IMG/VR virus record: IMGVR_UViG_3300021514_000012
Location: 1 to 27,564 of that record
Source of the DNA: a virus
Lineage: Duplodnaviria > Caudoviricetes
Reading direction: 5' to 3' (one strand)
Length of the DNA: 27,564 bases
The number at the start of each line of letters is the position of its first letter. The stretch's first letter is position 1. A program made the position numbers and the translations under genes. The notes beneath the pieces are model-generated. The model ran no database searches. It saw only the letters and a list, made by a program, of their open reading frames with translations, and was not told where the DNA came from. Below are positions 25,002 to 27,564 of the stretch, one piece after another.

Positions 25002-25613
25002 ATGAGCTTTGGAAGTATTCGAAATGACGTACTGGATGAGCTGTTCAAAACCGGTAGTCTTACAGCACAAGCAGAGAACCATATCAAGAAAGCTATCGAG
25101 CATTATAAGTACGATGCATTCTGGTTTAATGAGCAAATCTCAACAGCACAAACCATCGCAGGTCAGGAGTACATGGCGCTGCCAGATGACTACGGTGATG
25201 ACTTCAATCTATCTATCACCATCAACACAAACTCATACCCGTTAAAGCGTCGCACATTCAAAGAGATGGAGGAACTGTACGTATCCTCACAAGATTACAA
25301 CGGTTACCCACAAGATTATTGCCTGTTCAAGCGTGAGCTTCGTCTTGGACCTATTCCAGCTCAAGCATGGAAACTCACCATGGCATACCGACGGTTCCCA
25401 CTGGACTTATCAGCATCGGCTGACACCAATATCTTCACCGACAATGCAGAGAACCTCATCTTGTCACGGGCAGCCAGCACTGTTTCTGGACGTATCCTGC
25501 GTGACCAGAAGAGAGCGGTTGAATTTAAAGCACTGGAAAAAGAGGCCCGGCAAAAGCTTAGCGGAACAACAGCACGTTATGTAATGCGTGGCCACGGACA
25601 ACGGAGAAAGTAA
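25002..25613 (+). CDS. Putative head-tail adaptor protein
   Basis: T.AGQEY.ALP.D...GYPQDY...LRLGPIP...LT..Y pattern of podophage adaptors; GGAG RBS. Confidence 0.7.
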   Translation: MSFGSIRNDVLDELFKTGSLTAQAENHIKKAIEHYKYDAFWFNEQISTAQTIAGQEYMALPDDYGDDFNLSITINTNSYPLKRRTFKEMEELYVSSQDYNGYPQDYCLFKRELRLGPIPAQAWKLTMAYRRFPLDLSASADTNIFTDNAENLILSRAASTVSGRILRDQKRAVEFKALEKEARQKLSGTTARYVMRGHGQRRK

Positions 25614-25645
25614 TTATGGTTGTCTGCGGTTCTTAGTAATATTGT

Positions 25646-25927
25646 ATGAAACTAGTCAGGGTTAGAAAGTGCGACGGCCAATGCTGTAAGGAGGCACCAC
25701 GGTTCCCGAACAGCGATAGGTCTGACTGCGTTTATCATGTAAATAATGGGTGTAACTTAATGCGAAATCATAAATTAATTCCAGTCGGTGCCTGCCCTGC
25801 ACGACCACACATGACAGCGGTCGATGATTTTATTTTTACATGTAAGCAGTGGCCACAAAACACCCCGCCACACAAGCAGAACGAAAAGAATAATGGCGGG
25901 TGTTGCTTGCAGTGGGTGAATGACTAA
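25646..25927 (+). CDS. Cys-rich small protein (CxxxCC cluster type)
   Basis: CDGQCC...C...C...C...CKQWP...CC. Confidence 0.6.
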   Translation: MKLVRVRKCDGQCCKEAPRFPNSDRSDCVYHVNNGCNLMRNHKLIPVGACPARPHMTAVDDFIFTCKQWPQNTPPHKQNEKNNGGCCLQWVND

Positions 25928-27564
25928 TGTCTTTAGACATCCTATATCCAAATGGTGATGATGGTGGCTGGCCAACGGGCAGTTATCTGGACATCGATGA
26001 AGGAACAGATTCGCCTAGCGATGTCGACTTCATGTCAAGTCTTGCTAATGGTGAGGGTGACATACTCTTTCTTGATTTTAGCTCTACTGTTATCGCTGAT
26101 GCAGATACAGTCTCAAATATTGATGTCAAAATCAGAGTTCGAGATAGCCTTAATGCGGCAAGCGAAACTTTTAACTGCTATTTAATTATTGGTGGGTCAC
26201 GAACTGGGGACGTTGCTAGTAATGATACAGATGGCACCTTTACAACCTACACATTTAATGATGTAGGCTGGAATATCGACTTTACTGCTGCTGAACTTAA
26301 TGGAATGCAGATTGAAGTTACCGGCGCTCAAGCTGGTAAGGGTGTTGATTGCCAATGGGATATTTCAGCGGTACAGGTTGAGATTACTTACACCGGTGGT
26401 GGAGCAGAAAACGAAGTTCTCCCGGTACAGGGTATTGTAAACACTATCGGGTCAGCGCCAAGCGTACAAGTTGAACACGAAGCCCTTCCCGGAGTTGGTA
26501 TCGCAGCTGAGTCTGGTTATGCACCGACGGTTGAGGCGATTACTGCTGCAGTTATTGTTCTCCCGGGTGGTGGCATCTGTACAACAACGGGTTATACACC
26601 TGTAGCAGAGGTCATCAATACCCTAAAACCTATCGATGGTTATGTGACAGAGAGCGGTTATGCTCCGACGGTTGCTTTCATTGCAGAGGTCACTACATCA
26701 CCGGACAGTGGGCTGGTAACAACAATCGGATACACTCCAAGCATTGGGGTCACCGTAGAAGTCTCACCTGAGAACGGCTTAGAGACAGTCACTGGGTACG
26801 CTCCAAACGTACAATCTGGTGCCGTTTATAATCTTGAGCCGGTCACCGGTATTGTTACGGAGGTGGGTTCATTACCAGCGCTGGAAGTTATTAATAATAT
26901 TTCAGCTGTCGATGGTCTCGTTATCGTTTCCGGTTTTGTTCCTCTGATTGAGGCTATTACTGCAGCCATCAACACTGAGCCCGATAGTGGGTTGGTTACC
27001 GTAACCGGTAGCATCCCAACGGTAGAGAATGAGAACACAATTAGCCCGGTCAGTGGTTTAGTGACCGAGGCTGGTTATTCTCCTAGCGTGCAAGCTGTAC
27101 AGGTGTTCACTGTTACACCGGGAGTTGGGTACGTAACCGAAGCTGGCTACGCCCCGGACATCACTCGAGAGTTATCAGTTAGCCCAGATTCAGGCTTAGT
27201 AACTGTTGTTGGAAGCACCCCAAGTATCGATGCAATTAACAACCTATCACCACAGGTTGGTATTGAAACAGTCTCTGGGTATGCACCGAGTATCAGTGGA
27301 ATTATTATCAGTACAACCAGCCCTGAAACAGGTCTGATTACTGAGCAAGGTTACGCCCCGTCCATTACTGGCAGTGTCACAAAATCTCTGGCCCCGACAA
27401 CAGGGATTATCACTACCACTGGCGGGGTACCTTCATTATCCGTTCGTAACGATGTTTACCCGGGTAGTGGTCTCGAGGTAGCTGCCGGGTATGTGCCAAG
27501 TATCGGCATCGATGTCACCACAGCACCGGATGTTGGGCAGATTAATGAGTCCGGGTACGTACCA
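25927..27564 (+). CDS. Virion fibre/spike-like protein, 3'-truncated (at least 546 aa; not in ORF track)
   Basis: Open from ATG 25927 to the window end; acidic beta-rich N-domain (~160 aa) followed by tandem repeats. Confidence 0.85.
   Translation, partial: MSLDILYPNGDDGGWPTGSYLDIDEGTDSPSDVDFMSSLANGEGDILFLDFSSTVIADADTVSNIDVKIRVRDSLNAASETFNCYLIIGGSRTGDVASNDTDGTFTTYTFNDVGWNIDFTAAELNGMQIEVTGAQAGKGVDCQWDISAVQVEITYTGGGAENEVLPVQGIVNTIGSAPSVQVEHEALPGVGIAAESGYAPTVEAITAAVIVLPGGGICTTTGYTPVAEVINTLKPIDGYVTESGYAPTVAFIAEVTTSPDSGLVTTIGYTPSIGVTVEVSPENGLETVTGYAPNVQSGAVYNLEPVTGIVTEVGSLPALEVINNISAVDGLVIVSGFVPLIEAITAAINTEPDSGLVTVTGSIPTVENENTISPVSGLVTEAGYSPSVQAVQVFTVTPGVGYVTEAGYAPDITRELSVSPDSGLVTVVGSTPSIDAINNLSPQVGIETVSGYAPSISGIIISTTSPETGLITEQGYAPSITGSVTKSLAPTTGIITTTGGVPSLSVRNDVYPGSGLEVAAGYVPSIGIDVTTAPDVGQINESGYVP
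26422..27564 (+). repeat. 17 degenerate protein repeats, period 22-25 aa
   Basis: Core P-x-x-G-h-x4-G-[YSFG]-x-P, e.g. PDSGLVTTIGYTP, PETGLITEQGYAP. Confidence 0.85.

Noticed and set aside
25952-27038. Track ORFs 25952-26185 (+) and 26826-27038 (-)
   Set aside because: Shadow frames of the long ORF starting at 25927
1-27564. CRISPR array, diversity-generating retroelement, IS element or rRNA/tRNA genes
   Set aside because: No regularly spaced nucleotide repeats, reverse transcriptase, transposase or complete cloverleaf seen; the fibre repeats are degenerate at DNA level

Overview
This is a 27.6 kb segment of a tailed dsDNA phage, podovirus-like (P22-type portal, N4-gp56-type capsid protein). 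Sigma70 promoters, IHF boxes and Kdo genes point to a Gram-negative, probably proteobacterial host. In order it holds: the end of a lysis gene; a divergent control region; an early region (HTH regulators, ERF, SSB, VRR-NUC, NinB, DUF1364, DUF932/945, many small ORFs); kdsA plus a SIS-only kdsD-like gene; terS, terL, portal, scaffold, capsid and decoration genes; a 6 kb glycosyltransferase/methyltransferase/radical-SAM cassette inside the virion operon; an adaptor gene; and a truncated repeat-rich fibre ORF missing from the ORF track. Two systems stand out. (1) A plasmid-like antisense-RNA unit at 400-780: a two-hairpin RNA with a CGCCAA loop is complementary to the 5' end of a leftward transcript that carries a ColE1-ori-like motif, and the early region shows no recognisable initiator, primase, helicase, polymerase or integrase. 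(2) A putative Kdo/ulosonate glycosylation pathway that may decorate the virion. All family calls come from motif recognition by eye; no database searches were run.
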